DNA of 64,000 nucleotides from Terriglobia bacterium (GTDB lineage Bacteria; Acidobacteriota; Terriglobia; Acidiferrales; UBA7541). Position 1 is the first letter of the stretch; every line of letters starts with the position of its first letter. The stretch lies in NCBI GenBank assembly GCA_963695545.1, contig OY968796.1, positions 2,176,001 to 2,240,000 on the forward strand. The letters run 5' to 3'. Positions 20,963 through 31,690 of the stretch are shown piece by piece. Below the pieces are notes generated by a model, which saw only the letters and a program-made list of their open reading frames with translations, was not told the DNA's origin and made no database searches. The translations under genes and the position numbers were made by a program.

Positions 20963-21462
20963 GCGAAGCGCGGAGCGGCGCGCGCTGGCTGTGGCTTTCG
21001 GCCGCGACCCTGGCAGCCGACCGCGCGACGAAATATCTGATTGAAGCGCGCACCACCGATTCGTTTCGCTTGGTGATCGTGCCGCAAGGCGTCACGCTCG
21101 TGCACAGCCAAAATCCCGGCATCGCTTTCGGCGTGTTATCGGATTCGCCTTCGCGCTGGCTCGAAATCGCGCTGGTTGCGGGGGCCGCGGCCGTGCTCGC
21201 GCTGCTGGTCTGGCTTTTGGTTTCGGGGCGCGCCGGCGGAGGACTCGCTCGGGCGGGGGTGGCGCTGATGATCGGTGGCGCAGCGGGCAACGTACTCGAT
21301 CGCTTGTTGCACGGAGTCGTCACCGATTTCGTTGAGGTGCGCCTGGGCCATTACATTTGGCCCGCGTTTAATGTTGCCGATTCGGCGCTCACGGTCGGTG
21401 CTGCGCTCATTTTGATCGAGTTGCTTTTCTCCGGACGCGAGCCGCGGCGCGCGCGCGCCTGA
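20959..21462 (+). CDS. lspA: Lipoprotein signal peptidase II
   Basis: NPGIAFG, GNVLDR, VTDF, WPAFNVADS; overlaps the ileS stop. Confidence 0.95.
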   Translation: MSEARSGARWLWLSAATLAADRATKYLIEARTTDSFRLVIVPQGVTLVHSQNPGIAFGVLSDSPSRWLEIALVAGAAAVLALLVWLLVSGRAGGGLARAGVALMIGGAAGNVLDRLLHGVVTDFVEVRLGHYIWPAFNVADSALTVGAALILIELLFSGREPRRARA

Positions 21463-21464
21463 CC

Positions 21465-22520
21465 GTGAAAGTTCGTGGTCATCGCGGTCAGCGTGCCGCG
21501 CAGCTAGCGCCGCCCGATAAGCCGAGCGCCGAGACTGATTCCCGCACATTCACCGTGGGCGCAAGCGACGCGGGACAGCGCCTCGACGTCTACCTCGCCG
21601 CGCAACTTCCCGAACTGAGCCGCACGCGCGTTCAGGAATTAATTCGCGAAGGGCGCGTGCGCGTCGCGCATCGCGCGGCACGCGCTTCGCATCGCGTGGA
21701 CGCCGGCGAAGAAATTGAAATCGAAATTTTGCAGCGCCCCGCGCTGACGGCCGAGGCCGAAGACATTCCGCTCGACATTCTCTACCAGGACGACGACGTC
21801 GTCGTAGTGAACAAAGCGGCAGGAATGGTGGTGCACGCCGGCGCGGGACACGCGCGGGGCACGCTGGTGAACGCGTTGCTGCATCGCCTCTCCGGCTTGC
21901 CCGGCGGACCGCTGCGGCCGGGCATCGTGCATCGCCTGGATCGCGGCACGTCGGGCGTGCTGATTGTCGCGCGAACCGATGCGGCGCATCGACGGCTCGG
22001 CGAACAATTTCGTGCGCGCACGGTGCGAAAAACTTATTTGGCGTTGCTCGAAGGCGTGCTTAAGCCCGAGAGCGGCTCAATCCAACTACCGATTGCGCGC
22101 GACAAACGGCGGCGTGTGCGCATGACGGCGCGCGCCGGAGCCGGACGCGAGGCGCGCACTGATTGGCGCGTGCTGTGGCGCGGATCGCGATATACGCTGG
22201 TAGAAATCGAGCTGCACACCGGGCGCACGCACCAGATTCGCGCGCACTTTGCGGCGCTGGGCCGGCCCGTCGTGGGAGACACATTGTATGGCGCGGCCGC
22301 GCGGCCGCGCGCCGGCAGCCAAAATCTCGAGCCGCTCGGGCGGCCATTTCTTCACGCCGCGCGCATCGGTTTCGCTCACCCTACAAGCGGCAAGTCGATG
22401 GAATTTCGAGCGCCGCTGCCGGCGGAGTTAAGAAAATACGTCGCGCGCGTCGCGGCCGCGGAAACCGGCGGCGCGAAAGCCGCGGCGGTGATTGACGCTG
22501 CTCTCCTCGCGTTCCTATAA
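21465..22520 (+). CDS. RluA/RluD-family pseudouridine synthase
   Basis: S4 domain, GIVHRLDRGTSG, TGRTHQIRAH. Confidence 0.93.
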   Translation: MKVRGHRGQRAAQLAPPDKPSAETDSRTFTVGASDAGQRLDVYLAAQLPELSRTRVQELIREGRVRVAHRAARASHRVDAGEEIEIEILQRPALTAEAEDIPLDILYQDDDVVVVNKAAGMVVHAGAGHARGTLVNALLHRLSGLPGGPLRPGIVHRLDRGTSGVLIVARTDAAHRRLGEQFRARTVRKTYLALLEGVLKPESGSIQLPIARDKRRRVRMTARAGAGREARTDWRVLWRGSRYTLVEIELHTGRTHQIRAHFAALGRPVVGDTLYGAAARPRAGSQNLEPLGRPFLHAARIGFAHPTSGKSMEFRAPLPAELRKYVARVAAAETGGAKAAAVIDAALLAFL

Positions 22521-22541
22521 TCGCTTCGTCGAATTGGAGCC

Positions 22542-23615
22542 ATGTCGCTTTCGCGCATCGTCGGGGCGGTAATTTTTCTGGGCGCGCTCGGTCTCGCTTT
22601 GCAATGCGAGCCGTCATTCGCAGCCCGGCAATCGCCAGCGCCGGCCACGCCTGCTCCGGCTCAAACCAACCCCCCGGCTCCGGCGCAGCAATCCGCGGCG
22701 CCGCAAGCCAAGATCAGCACGACCACAAACCTGGTGGACGTGCAATTTGCCGTGGTGAATAAGCGGCAGAAGTTCGTCACCGATTTGCAGAAAGAAAATT
22801 TTCGCGTGCTCGATGACGGCGCCGCGCAGTCCATCGAATCGTTCAGCCGCCAGACCGACCTTCCGCTGCGCATCGGCCTATTGCTTGACACCTCGAACAG
22901 CATCCGAGAGCGCCTGAGCTTCGAGCAAGACGCCGCATTCGATTTCTTGTACAACGTGATCCGCCGCGGCCGCGATCAGGCTTTCTTGATGACCTTCGAC
23001 GATCAGCCCGAAGTGATCCAGGGTTACACCGACGACCTCGACACGCTGCACAGCGCCATTGATCGGCAGCGCGCCGGCGGCGGCACGGCGCTTTACGACG
23101 CGATCTATCAGGCCTGCGCCACGGAGATGATGCATCCGCCGCCGCCCCCCGGCTCGACCCAGGAATTCCGGCGCGTGCTGGTGGTGATCAGCGACGGCGA
23201 CGATAACCTGAGCCAAAAATCGCGCAGCGAGGCGCTCGAGATGGCGCAGCGCGTAGGTGTGGTGATCTATACCATCAGCACGAGCACGGAATGGATAAAG
23301 CCCGACGACGAAGTAAACGCCGATGACAGCGCCGAGCGGAAATATCACAAGGAAGGCGGCGACCTGGTGCTTCAGGGCATGGCCGATTCAACCGGAGGGC
23401 GAGCCTTCTTTCCCTACAAAGTAGACGACCTCAATCAATCTTTTCTGGATATCGGCGACGAACTGCGCAGCCAGTATTCACTGTCCTACGCGCCACTGGG
23501 CCGCCTGGTTGATGGGAAATTCCACACCATCAAAATTATCGTGGATCAAAAAGATTTGATCGTTCGGGCGCGCGCCGGATACTACGCCGCCCCGCCAACC
23601 TTTCAGGAACCGTAG
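22542..23615 (+). CDS. Secreted VWA domain protein (acidobacterial type)
   Basis: MIDAS LLDTSNS, GGTALYDAI, VISDGDDN, ELRSQYSLSY, RARAGYYA. Confidence 0.88.
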   Translation: MSLSRIVGAVIFLGALGLALQCEPSFAARQSPAPATPAPAQTNPPAPAQQSAAPQAKISTTTNLVDVQFAVVNKRQKFVTDLQKENFRVLDDGAAQSIESFSRQTDLPLRIGLLLDTSNSIRERLSFEQDAAFDFLYNVIRRGRDQAFLMTFDDQPEVIQGYTDDLDTLHSAIDRQRAGGGTALYDAIYQACATEMMHPPPPPGSTQEFRRVLVVISDGDDNLSQKSRSEALEMAQRVGVVIYTISTSTEWIKPDDEVNADDSAERKYHKEGGDLVLQGMADSTGGRAFFPYKVDDLNQSFLDIGDELRSQYSLSYAPLGRLVDGKFHTIKIIVDQKDLIVRARAGYYAAPPTFQEP

Positions 23616-23651
23616 CGTTCCGCGCGGATCATTTTACCCAGCAAATCGAAA

Positions 23652-24638
23652 TCAATCCTGCGGCGCGTAATAGCCTTTGCGCGTGAGCGCGTCCATGTCC
23701 TTCTGTTGGATTTCCACTTTGATTTTGCGATAGGAGCCGTCACGCTTTGCATTGGTGGGATAGTAGCCGATGGTGTACTGGCTGCGCAGTTCTTCGGAGA
23801 TTTGATCGAACGCATCCTGAATATTTTTGGCGCCACGCACGGGAATGGTGCGGCCGCCGGTCTCGTCCGTGATTCTCTTGGCCACGTCGTAGCCGGGCGG
23901 TCCGTACATCGGATCGTAAACCAACAGGATGTGCACGACGGTGTCGGTGCGCTGCGCGGATTCGATGGCGTCCTGCACGCTGACTTTGCTGCCGGTGTCG
24001 TTGGCGTCGGTGATCGCGATGACCGCCTTGCGCCCGGCTTCATCGGACAATTTATCGTGGCAGGCCAGATAAATGGCGTCGTAAAAATCTGTGCCGCCGT
24101 TCGAGCTTGCCGGAAACGGCCCGGTCACGACGGACGGCACGGATGGCGCATTGATCTGCACGCGGCTGATGGCGCGGTCCAGGACATCCTGATCGTCGGT
24201 GAAGTCGGCGACCAGGTCGATGTCCAGATCGAAGTTCGCGACCATCGCCAGGTCGTCCTTGCGCATCACGCGCCGCAGGAATTGCTCGCCGGCATCCTGG
24301 ATGGCCGGGAGCATTTCCGATTCGCTGCCGGAGGTGTCCAGAAGAATGGCGAGGGTGATGGGCAAATCCGATTCTTTTGAGAAGAACGCAATTTGTTGTT
24401 CCTGTCCGTCTTCGTAGACCTTGAAATCGCTTTGGACCAGGTCGGTGATGATTTGCTTTTGCTTGTTCCGCACGGTGACGAATAGGCTGACGAGGCTGAC
24501 GTTCGAGACGATCGGGCCCTGGCTGTTTTGCGGGTTGATCACCTGTGCTGCAGCGAGAGCGGGTCGCGGCACGCGCGCGAGGCCGGCGGCGACGAGGCAG
24601 AACGAAAAAACAAAACCAACGATGCGAAGGCGCTTCAT
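23652..24638 (-). CDS. Secreted VWA domain protein (acidobacterial type)
   Basis: LLDTSGS, GGTDFYDAI, ELRSQYTIGYYP, TRKGYYA. Confidence 0.88.
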   Translation of the reverse strand: MKRLRIVGFVFSFCLVAAGLARVPRPALAAAQVINPQNSQGPIVSNVSLVSLFVTVRNKQKQIITDLVQSDFKVYEDGQEQQIAFFSKESDLPITLAILLDTSGSESEMLPAIQDAGEQFLRRVMRKDDLAMVANFDLDIDLVADFTDDQDVLDRAISRVQINAPSVPSVVTGPFPASSNGGTDFYDAIYLACHDKLSDEAGRKAVIAITDANDTGSKVSVQDAIESAQRTDTVVHILLVYDPMYGPPGYDVAKRITDETGGRTIPVRGAKNIQDAFDQISEELRSQYTIGYYPTNAKRDGSYRKIKVEIQQKDMDALTRKGYYAPQD

Positions 24639-24863
24639 AGAATCCTCAGACGGCTATCGGGAGTAACTGCACGCCACGGTTGGATGCACCGGGCGCGCTC
24701 GAAGATGTGCGCGCCCCGCGATCAGGCGTCATCGTGGAACGAAAGCCGCAATTTGTCCATGAAAAATCGCGGAGTGCGCGCCGATTGGACGCCGCGCGGC
24801 GAAAACGAACGCGACGCGAGCGTCGATGGCAACGAGCGCAGGGAATTTCTTCAGAATTTCTTC

Positions 24864-24892
24864 TTGACACCGAAGGCGTCGCGCCGTAAAAC
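24864..24892 (+). promoter_or_regulatory. Sigma70-like promoter TTGACA-N17-TAAAAC
   Basis: Consensus -35, 17-bp spacer, near-consensus -10; no plus-strand CDS downstream. Confidence 0.6.
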
Positions 24893-24898
24893 CAACCG

Positions 24899-25100
24899 TG
24901 GGCGCGGAGCAATTGGAAATTTTCTGCCGCGCGCGAGAACATACCAGGGGAGAAGTTTCAAACCGAAGTCCAACAGGGAATGCGCGCAAACACTGGCACC
25001 GAACGACGGCTCGCGTAAGCCCCAGCCAGGCGAGCCCGGCGAAAAAGTAATCATGCAAGAGGAAATGCAGGCAATTGAGGGGCGCTCCGGCGCCCCTTTT
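24899..25100 (+). ncRNA. Candidate ~190-200 nt small RNA (possibly 6S-like)
   Basis: Lies between an orphan promoter and a plus-strand terminator; the 5' and 3' ends are partly complementary. Confidence 0.4.
25078..25100 (+). terminator. Intrinsic terminator
   Basis: AGGGGCGC-TCCG-GCGCCCCT hairpin followed by TTTGCTTT. Confidence 0.65.
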
Positions 25101-25148
25101 GCTTTCCGGTGCGGATTACGGAGAGCGCGGGAAGAATTTGAGAGCGCG

Positions 25149-28100
25149 TCACGATTCTTCGAGCGCGGCCTTGGCGCCGCGATCGTGCGCGGGGCAGATC
25201 AGGCGAAACTCGCAGGCCTTGCAGGAATAGCCGACCTTGGGAGGAAACTGGCCTGCGCGAATTTCCGCGGCGACTTCCTGCACGCCGTCTTCAGCGCGGC
25301 CAAGTTGTTTCGCGTCGCGCGTCGCGGCGACCGATTGATTGTTCTGCATGTTGTGAAACACTAGGCGCGCGACTTGCTCGCCGAAGACTTCACGTGCGGC
25401 GAGCGCGTAGACGCTCAGTTGCAAATCTTTTTTTGCCTGCGCTTCGGTTCTCGGCTTACCCGTTTTGTAATCGACGATTTCGACGAGTTTTTCGGCTGAC
25501 GCTCCGATGCGATTCACCTGATCCATGCGGCCGGTCAGCACGATGTGATTGGCAAGCGGTAGCGTGAACGCGCGCTCCTGCGCGAGAACTTCGGGTGGGG
25601 CTTCGATGGTCGTGGCGTAAAACGCGCGCAACTGTTCGAGGCCGTCTTTCTTGTATTCCTGCTCCTGATAATCGTCTTCGTATCCTGCTTTGCTCCATTC
25701 GCGCTCGTAGATCGCGGCAACCTCATCGAAGGGCAGCCGGCGGCCTTTGCGCAAATGCCCTACGAACTCGCGGATCGTCGTGTGCATCACGTTGCCGAAG
25801 CTCAGCGCCGCGCGCGGTCCGGTGCGGATTCGCCAGAGCTGCGAGAAAAGATATTTCTGCGGGCAGGATTCAAACGTGTCGATGGCGGAAGCGCTCAGGG
25901 CCAGCGGGTCGGCAAGCGGCGGACGATACACCTCGGCCCATTGCGCAATGCGCGAGCCCACGCGCGAGTGCGCACGCTCTTGCTCGAATAATTCCGCGGC
26001 TCGCGATTCGTCCGGGGCCGCGGCGGCGGGCGCTTCCTCCGCGCGCGGCGGCGCGAGCTGCTGCAAATCGGCGCGCTGGACGGCGGGCGCCATCAGGATA
26101 TCGTCCAGAAATGGAGACGGCTTTGAGCGCTTCGCCGAAACCGTCGTCAACGTCAGCTGATCCCGCGCGCGCGTGAGCGCCACGTAGAACAACCGGCGCT
26201 CTTCCTGGATGTGGAAATCGCCGCTGGGCAATTGCTCCTTCATCAGCTCGGAGGGAAATTCGAGCACGTGCGGCTTTTCTCCCGACGGGAATCCGCGGTG
26301 CACAAGATGAATCACGAAAACGTGATCGAATTCGAGACCCTTCGCGGCATGCACGGTCATCAATTGCACGACGTCGCCGTGTTCTTCTTCGAGATTGATT
26401 TGCCCGTTGGCCTGCTCGAAGTAATCGAGATATTCGGCAAGCTCCTTGAGGCGCCGCGTTTCGCTTTTCGGTTGCCACTCGAGGATGAATTGCCGCAGGC
26501 GCGCGACGTATTTACGGTCCTGGTCTGAAACGGTCACGCCGATTTCGAGGCGGCCGAGCAATTCGTCGAACCACTCGAGCGCGGGCAATTCGCGCGCGCG
26601 CTTTCGCAAGTCCGCGACCAGCGCGATCAATTCCTGCAAACCCGCGCGCCCGGCGTCGAATGCCAATTCGCCTTGCGCCGATTCGATGGTCTGCCACAGC
26701 GTTCCGCCGCGCGCTTTTGCGGCGCGCTCAGCCAGGCGCTGCAGATCCTGCGCTTCGAGTCCCCAGGCGGGTGCGGCGAGAACGCGCGCACAGGCCACGT
26801 CGTCGCCCAAATCAGATACCAGGCGAACGTAGGCCAGGATGTCGCGCACCAGGCGATGGTCCAGGATCGAAAGATTGCGAATGACGAAGGGCACTCGAGC
26901 TTGCGTGAGCGCGGCGACCAATCGCTCGCGATGCGTGTGCATGCGATAAAGCACGGCCATCGATCGCCATCGGGCGCCGGCGCGGTGCAGGCGCTCGATT
27001 TCGCCGGCGACCCAGCGCGCTTCTTCATCGGAGCTTGAGAGTGTGACGACGCGGATGCGCTGGCCTTCGGATTTTTCCGCGACGAGCGCGGTGTCCTGAA
27101 AATCTTTCGGCTGTTCGGCGGGCAGAACTAGATGGCGCTCCACTTCGTTTGCGACGCGCAAGATGCGCCGCGTCGAGCGATAATTCCGGCGCAGCGGCAT
27201 CTGCACGCTCGCGCGCTCGGCGGGGGAAGCGCCGGCGTATGCATCCAGGAAATGCGTGAAGCTGCCGAATGACGCGCCGCGGAAACGATAGATCGCTTGG
27301 CGATGATCGCCGACCACCACCAGATTGCGGCGCTCGCCACCCAAGAGATGAAGCAATTCGAGCTGCGCGATGTTCGTGTCCTGAAATTCGTCGACGAGAA
27401 TGTAGCGATAGCGTTCGCGCAGCACGGCGAGCAGCGCCGCATCGTTGCGCAGCAACGTGACGCCGCCCATCAGTTGCGTGCCAAAGGTCAAGAGACGCCG
27501 CTCGCGCAGCAGGGCATCGCTTTCGCGATAAACGCGCGCGATTTCCTGCTGACGCGCGATCTCTTCTTCGCGCAGCGCGCGCTCGTCTTCCGGCAGCGCA
27601 GCTTTTTCCTTGGCGTAGAGTGCGGCCTTCTCATCTGCATAGGCCTGATACTGTTCCGGGGAAACGAGTTCATCCTGGCAACGCGAGAAAAAATCCACGA
27701 AGTCGCCCAGGAATTGTCCCGGCTCGGCCAGGCGCCGATAGCGATCAAGACCCAGCCGAGGCAAGTTGCGGCGCAGCAGAATCCAGTGATCGACGCGGTC
27801 GAGCGTGCGCAGATCCGGATCGCGTTCCGTCAACATTTGCGCGCAAAAAGAATGGAATGTTCCGAGCACCACGCGCTCGCCCCGTTCGCCCGCGCTGGCC
27901 ACCACGCGACGCTTCATTTCCGCCGCGGCTTTTTCGGTGAACGTCAGGCCAAGGATTTCGCCGCCCTCAAGTTCGGGCTGCGATTCGAGCAGATTGCGAA
28001 TGCGCTCGGTGATCACGCGCGTTTTGCCCGTGCCCGCGCCGGCCACCACCATCAGCGGTCCTTCGCCGTGATGCACCGCCGCGCGCTGCTCGGCGTTCAA

Positions 28101-28154
28101 CCCGTCGCCCGCTTCGGTGCGCTTCGCGCCCGGCTCGTCGAATAACGTCGCCAT
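25149..28154 (-). CDS. ATP-dependent UvrD/PcrA-like helicase fused to a PD-(D/E)xK nuclease
   Basis: AGAGTGKT, LVDEFQD, QAIYRFRGA, TVHAAKGLEF, EERRLFYVALTRA; C-terminal GRMD...IVDYKTG with Cys motifs SCP and CKACEFRLIC. True start is MATLFDE at 28154. Confidence 0.92.
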   Translation of the reverse strand: MATLFDEPGAKRTEAGDGLNAEQRAAVHHGEGPLMVVAGAGTGKTRVITERIRNLLESQPELEGGEILGLTFTEKAAAEMKRRVVASAGERGERVVLGTFHSFCAQMLTERDPDLRTLDRVDHWILLRRNLPRLGLDRYRRLAEPGQFLGDFVDFFSRCQDELVSPEQYQAYADEKAALYAKEKAALPEDERALREEEIARQQEIARVYRESDALLRERRLLTFGTQLMGGVTLLRNDAALLAVLRERYRYILVDEFQDTNIAQLELLHLLGGERRNLVVVGDHRQAIYRFRGASFGSFTHFLDAYAGASPAERASVQMPLRRNYRSTRRILRVANEVERHLVLPAEQPKDFQDTALVAEKSEGQRIRVVTLSSSDEEARWVAGEIERLHRAGARWRSMAVLYRMHTHRERLVAALTQARVPFVIRNLSILDHRLVRDILAYVRLVSDLGDDVACARVLAAPAWGLEAQDLQRLAERAAKARGGTLWQTIESAQGELAFDAGRAGLQELIALVADLRKRARELPALEWFDELLGRLEIGVTVSDQDRKYVARLRQFILEWQPKSETRRLKELAEYLDYFEQANGQINLEEEHGDVVQLMTVHAAKGLEFDHVFVIHLVHRGFPSGEKPHVLEFPSELMKEQLPSGDFHIQEERRLFYVALTRARDQLTLTTVSAKRSKPSPFLDDILMAPAVQRADLQQLAPPRAEEAPAAAAPDESRAAELFEQERAHSRVGSRIAQWAEVYRPPLADPLALSASAIDTFESCPQKYLFSQLWRIRTGPRAALSFGNVMHTTIREFVGHLRKGRRLPFDEVAAIYEREWSKAGYEDDYQEQEYKKDGLEQLRAFYATTIEAPPEVLAQERAFTLPLANHIVLTGRMDQVNRIGASAEKLVEIVDYKTGKPRTEAQAKKDLQLSVYALAAREVFGEQVARLVFHNMQNNQSVAATRDAKQLGRAEDGVQEVAAEIRAGQFPPKVGYSCKACEFRLICPAHDRGAKAALEES

Positions 28155-28313
28155 GGCACCATCGTAGCCTATTTCGCATCGTCGGGGCTTGCGGCGGCGG
28201 CGCAGCCGGCGGGGCTGGGCAAATTGATTCTTGTTCGCGGGCGCGCCTATACTGCGGCCAGAGGATGCGAGCGCGAAGCCGCGACGCAGAATCGCTAGGG
28301 TGCGACAAAGAAT

Positions 28314-29498
28314 ATGGATCAACCGGTAATTTTGAGCGCGGTGCGCACTCCCATCGGACGATTTCAAGGCGCGCTGGCTCCGCTTTCGGCGGTCGAACTG
28401 GGCGCGCGAGTGGTGGCGGAGGCAGTTCGCCGCGCGGGGATTGAGCCGGGCGCGGTGGATGAAGCCATTCTCGGCAACGTGGTGCAGGCGGGGCTCGGGC
28501 AGAATCCGGCGCGGCAAGCGGCACTGCGCGGAGGTCTCGCGCCGCGCGTCGCGGCGATGACCATCAATAAGGTTTGCGGATCGGGGCTGAAAGCCGTGGC
28601 GCTCGCCGCGCAGGCCGTGCAACTTGGAGAGAGCGAAATCGTGGTGGCCGGCGGCATGGAGTCGATGTCGAATTGCCCGTATCTTTTGCCGGGCGCGCGC
28701 GCGGGCTATCGGCTGGGCAACGCCGAGGTTGTGGATTCGATGGTGCACGACGGTTTGTGGGATGCGCAGGAAAATTTTCATATGGGTATGACCGCCGAAC
28801 TTGTGGCCGAAAAATACGGCATCACGCGCGAGGAGCAGGACGCTTTTGCGGTGGAAAGCCATCGGCGCGCGGTGCGCGCGCGAAAGTCGTGCTTCTTCGA
28901 GGCGCAAATTCTGCCCATCGAGATTGCGCAGAAAAAGGGCGAACCTATCGTGGTCCGATACGACGAATCGCCGCGCGAGGATTCGACGCTCGAGGCGCTC
29001 GCGAAACTGAAGCCGGCGTTCAAAAAAGACGGCACGGTGACCGCGGGAAACGCGCCGGGCACGAACGATGGGGCCGCGGCGCTCGTGGTGACGAGCGCGC
29101 GGCGCGCGCTGCAACTCGGAAAGACTCCGCGGGCGCGCATCGTGGCGCAGGCGGTGAGCGGCGTTGAACCGAAGTGGGTGATGATGGCGCCGGTGGACGC
29201 GGTGGAAAAATTGCTGCAGAAAACCGGCTGGGATCGCGATCGCGATGTCGACTTGTACGAATTGAATGAAGCGTTTGCCGTGGCCGCGATTGCCGTGACC
29301 CGCGAATTGCGGCTGGATCCGCCGAAGGTCAACGTGAATGGCGGCGCGGTTGCGTTGGGGCATCCGATCGGAGCTTCGGGCGCGCGAATTCTCGTGACGT
29401 TACTGTATGAACTCGAGCGGCGCGATCTGAAGCGCGGAATCGCGGCGCTGTGCCTGGGCGGCGGCAACGCCGTGGCGCTGGCCATCGAGCGCGCATGA
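28314..29498 (+). CDS. Acetyl-CoA C-acetyltransferase (thiolase)
   Basis: [25 protein letters not shown]. Confidence 0.95.
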   Translation: MDQPVILSAVRTPIGRFQGALAPLSAVELGARVVAEAVRRAGIEPGAVDEAILGNVVQAGLGQNPARQAALRGGLAPRVAAMTINKVCGSGLKAVALAAQAVQLGESEIVVAGGMESMSNCPYLLPGARAGYRLGNAEVVDSMVHDGLWDAQENFHMGMTAELVAEKYGITREEQDAFAVESHRRAVRARKSCFFEAQILPIEIAQKKGEPIVVRYDESPREDSTLEALAKLKPAFKKDGTVTAGNAPGTNDGAAALVVTSARRALQLGKTPRARIVAQAVSGVEPKWVMMAPVDAVEKLLQKTGWDRDRDVDLYELNEAFAVAAIAVTRELRLDPPKVNVNGGAVALGHPIGASGARILVTLLYELERRDLKRGIAALCLGGGNAVALAIERA

Positions 29499-30169
29499 AG
29501 TGTCCGGTCTGCGGAAAAGAATATCGCGCGGGCACGCTGCGCTGCCGCAAGTGTGAAGTCCTGCTGGTGGAATCCACTCCCGCCGAAACAATCGCTGCCA
29601 CGAAATCCGACGCGAAACAAAATCAACGCACCCCTCTGTTGCTGTGGTCGGGGCAAGACCCTGTGTTGTTCTCCGCGCTCACGCACGAACTTGCCGGCGC
29701 CGGGATTCCGTTCTACGAATCCGCGGTGCACGATCCCGCCGTCGGATTGTTCGCGTCGTTTCCGTTGCGCTCGGAAGCGGTCGGCGGATTTGAGATTCGC
29801 GTGGCGGGCTGCGATCTTGCCGCCGCGCGCGAGATTCTGGATTCGATCGTCGGAACGATTGGAACGATCGTCGCCGGCGACGCCGCAGGAAGCGATTCCG
29901 AAGAACGCGGCGCCGGCGAAGACGACCGCGGCGGCGCGTCGCGCAGTCTGGGCGATTGGCGAGCGGACGAGGCCACAGCCGAATTGTGGAATGGCGTTGA
30001 CGAAGCCTGGGCCGAATATTTGATCGACGTGCTTTGGGAAAATGGAGTTCGCGCGAAGACGAGCGAAGACGCGGGCACGCCGCTTCACAGGGTGATGGTG
30101 CGCCCAGCGGATTTCGATCGCGCGCAGCGCGTTTTGCGGCTGCTCGAGGAAGCTTCTTCGCCTGACTGA
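29495..30169 (+). CDS. Hypothetical protein with N-terminal zinc ribbon and DUF2007-like domains
   Basis: [10 protein letters not shown]...CRKC; ATG overlaps the thiolase stop. Confidence 0.65.
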   Translation: MKCPVCGKEYRAGTLRCRKCEVLLVESTPAETIAATKSDAKQNQRTPLLLWSGQDPVLFSALTHELAGAGIPFYESAVHDPAVGLFASFPLRSEAVGGFEIRVAGCDLAAAREILDSIVGTIGTIVAGDAAGSDSEERGAGEDDRGGASRSLGDWRADEATAELWNGVDEAWAEYLIDVLWENGVRAKTSEDAGTPLHRVMVRPADFDRAQRVLRLLEEASSPD

Positions 30170-30538
30170 TTCGCCGTTGCGATCGGCTCGGACCGCGTTC
30201 GGCCGAATGTGATTTTCCGTGCGGCACATTGCGCCGGAGATCCGCGGTTCGTCGTGCACGCGGCGCGGGCCCATGAGGCGGGTATTGCGCGAACGATCGT
30301 TGGTGGATAGAATTCCGCCCCGTCCGGCCTGATCCATGGGGAAAGGACGCTTTCGGCGGCTCATGCTCGTTCTACCGCGACCGGGATCCCTATGGAGCGG
30401 ACCGTTTTCATCCGGACTCTTCTTAGGAACCAGAATGACGGACCCGCTTACGCGCCGTGGCCACCCGCGCTCTGTCTTATCGCGCGGTTCGCGATTCGGC
30501 GGCGGCCCGCGAAGAGAAGAGCACTCCGAGGAGGAAAA

Positions 30539-31597
30539 ATGGCGCTCGACATGGAAAAGCTCGACCAATTGCTCGGCAGAGGAGTCGTAGACTTCGGAGC
30601 CACAATGCACGCGGCGTTGATCGCGATCGGAGATCGCCTGGGGCTTTACAAAGCGCTGGCGCAATCGGGCCCGATGACGCCAACCCAGCTCGCGGCGAAA
30701 ACCGGCACGAGCGAACGCTACGTTCGAGAGTGGCTTTCGTCGCAGGCGGCCGGAGGATACGTGACATATGACAAGGTGACCGGCCGGTTCAGCCTGACCG
30801 AGGAGCAGGTGTTTGCACTGGCCGACGAGAACAGCCCGGCGTTTTTGCCCGGGGCTTTCCAAGTTGCGTTGGCGGCGACTCGTTCGGTCGACAAGATCAC
30901 GGAGGCATTCAAGACGGGGAAGGGCGTCGGCTGGCATGAGCACGACCCCGAGTTGTTCGTGGGCACCGAGCGGTTTTTCCGTCCGGGCTACGCGGCGAAT
31001 CTCACGGCCTCGTGGATCCCGGCGCTCGAAGGGGTCGAGGCGAAATTGAAACGCGGCGCGCGCGTAGCCGATGTGGGTTGCGGCCACGGGGCGTCGACCG
31101 TCTTGATGGCCGAGGCCTATCCGGCGTCGACGTTCACGGGCTTCGACTATCACCAGGCTTCGATTGACGTTGCCAACGAACGCGCGAAGAAGGCGAACGT
31201 CGGCGGCCGCGTCAAGTTCGCTGCGGCAAGTGCGAAGACCTATCCTGGCGAGGGATATGACTTCGTGACCTTCTTCGATTGCCTGCACGACATGGGGGAT
31301 CCGGTCGGCGCAGCCGAGCATGTGCTGAAAAGCCTCGCGAAGGACGGCACTTGGATGATCGTCGAGCCGTACGCGAACGACAAGCTCGAGGACAACCTCA
31401 ATCCCGTTGGGCGCGTGTATTACTCCGCGTCGACGCTGCTCTGCACGCCCTGCTCGAAGGCGCAGGAGGTCGGCTTGGCGCTGGGCGCGCAGGCCGGAGA
31501 ATCGCAGATGCGAGACGTGATTCTGGGCGGTGGATTTTCGCGGTTCCGTCGGGCGACACAGACTCCGTTCAACCTGGTGTTTGAAGCGCGGCCGTAG
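30539..31597 (+). CDS. Class I SAM-dependent methyltransferase with N-terminal winged helix
   Basis: ERYVREWL, VADVGCGHG, FFDCLHDMGDP; GAGGA RBS. Confidence 0.9.
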   Translation: MALDMEKLDQLLGRGVVDFGATMHAALIAIGDRLGLYKALAQSGPMTPTQLAAKTGTSERYVREWLSSQAAGGYVTYDKVTGRFSLTEEQVFALADENSPAFLPGAFQVALAATRSVDKITEAFKTGKGVGWHEHDPELFVGTERFFRPGYAANLTASWIPALEGVEAKLKRGARVADVGCGHGASTVLMAEAYPASTFTGFDYHQASIDVANERAKKANVGGRVKFAAASAKTYPGEGYDFVTFFDCLHDMGDPVGAAEHVLKSLAKDGTWMIVEPYANDKLEDNLNPVGRVYYSASTLLCTPCSKAQEVGLALGAQAGESQMRDVILGGGFSRFRRATQTPFNLVFEARP

Positions 31598-31690
31598 AAG
31601 CGCCGCATCGCGGCTCTCGGGCGCATCGAAGCGCGTCGGCGGATGGGTCGCCTTCGACGGAGCGTGATTTCTTTGCATCCGGGAGGCGCG

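Noticed and set aside
28155..29363. N-terminal 400 aa of the 1404-aa ORF
   Set aside because: Antisense shadow of the thiolase gene; helicase motifs begin only after the ATG at 28154
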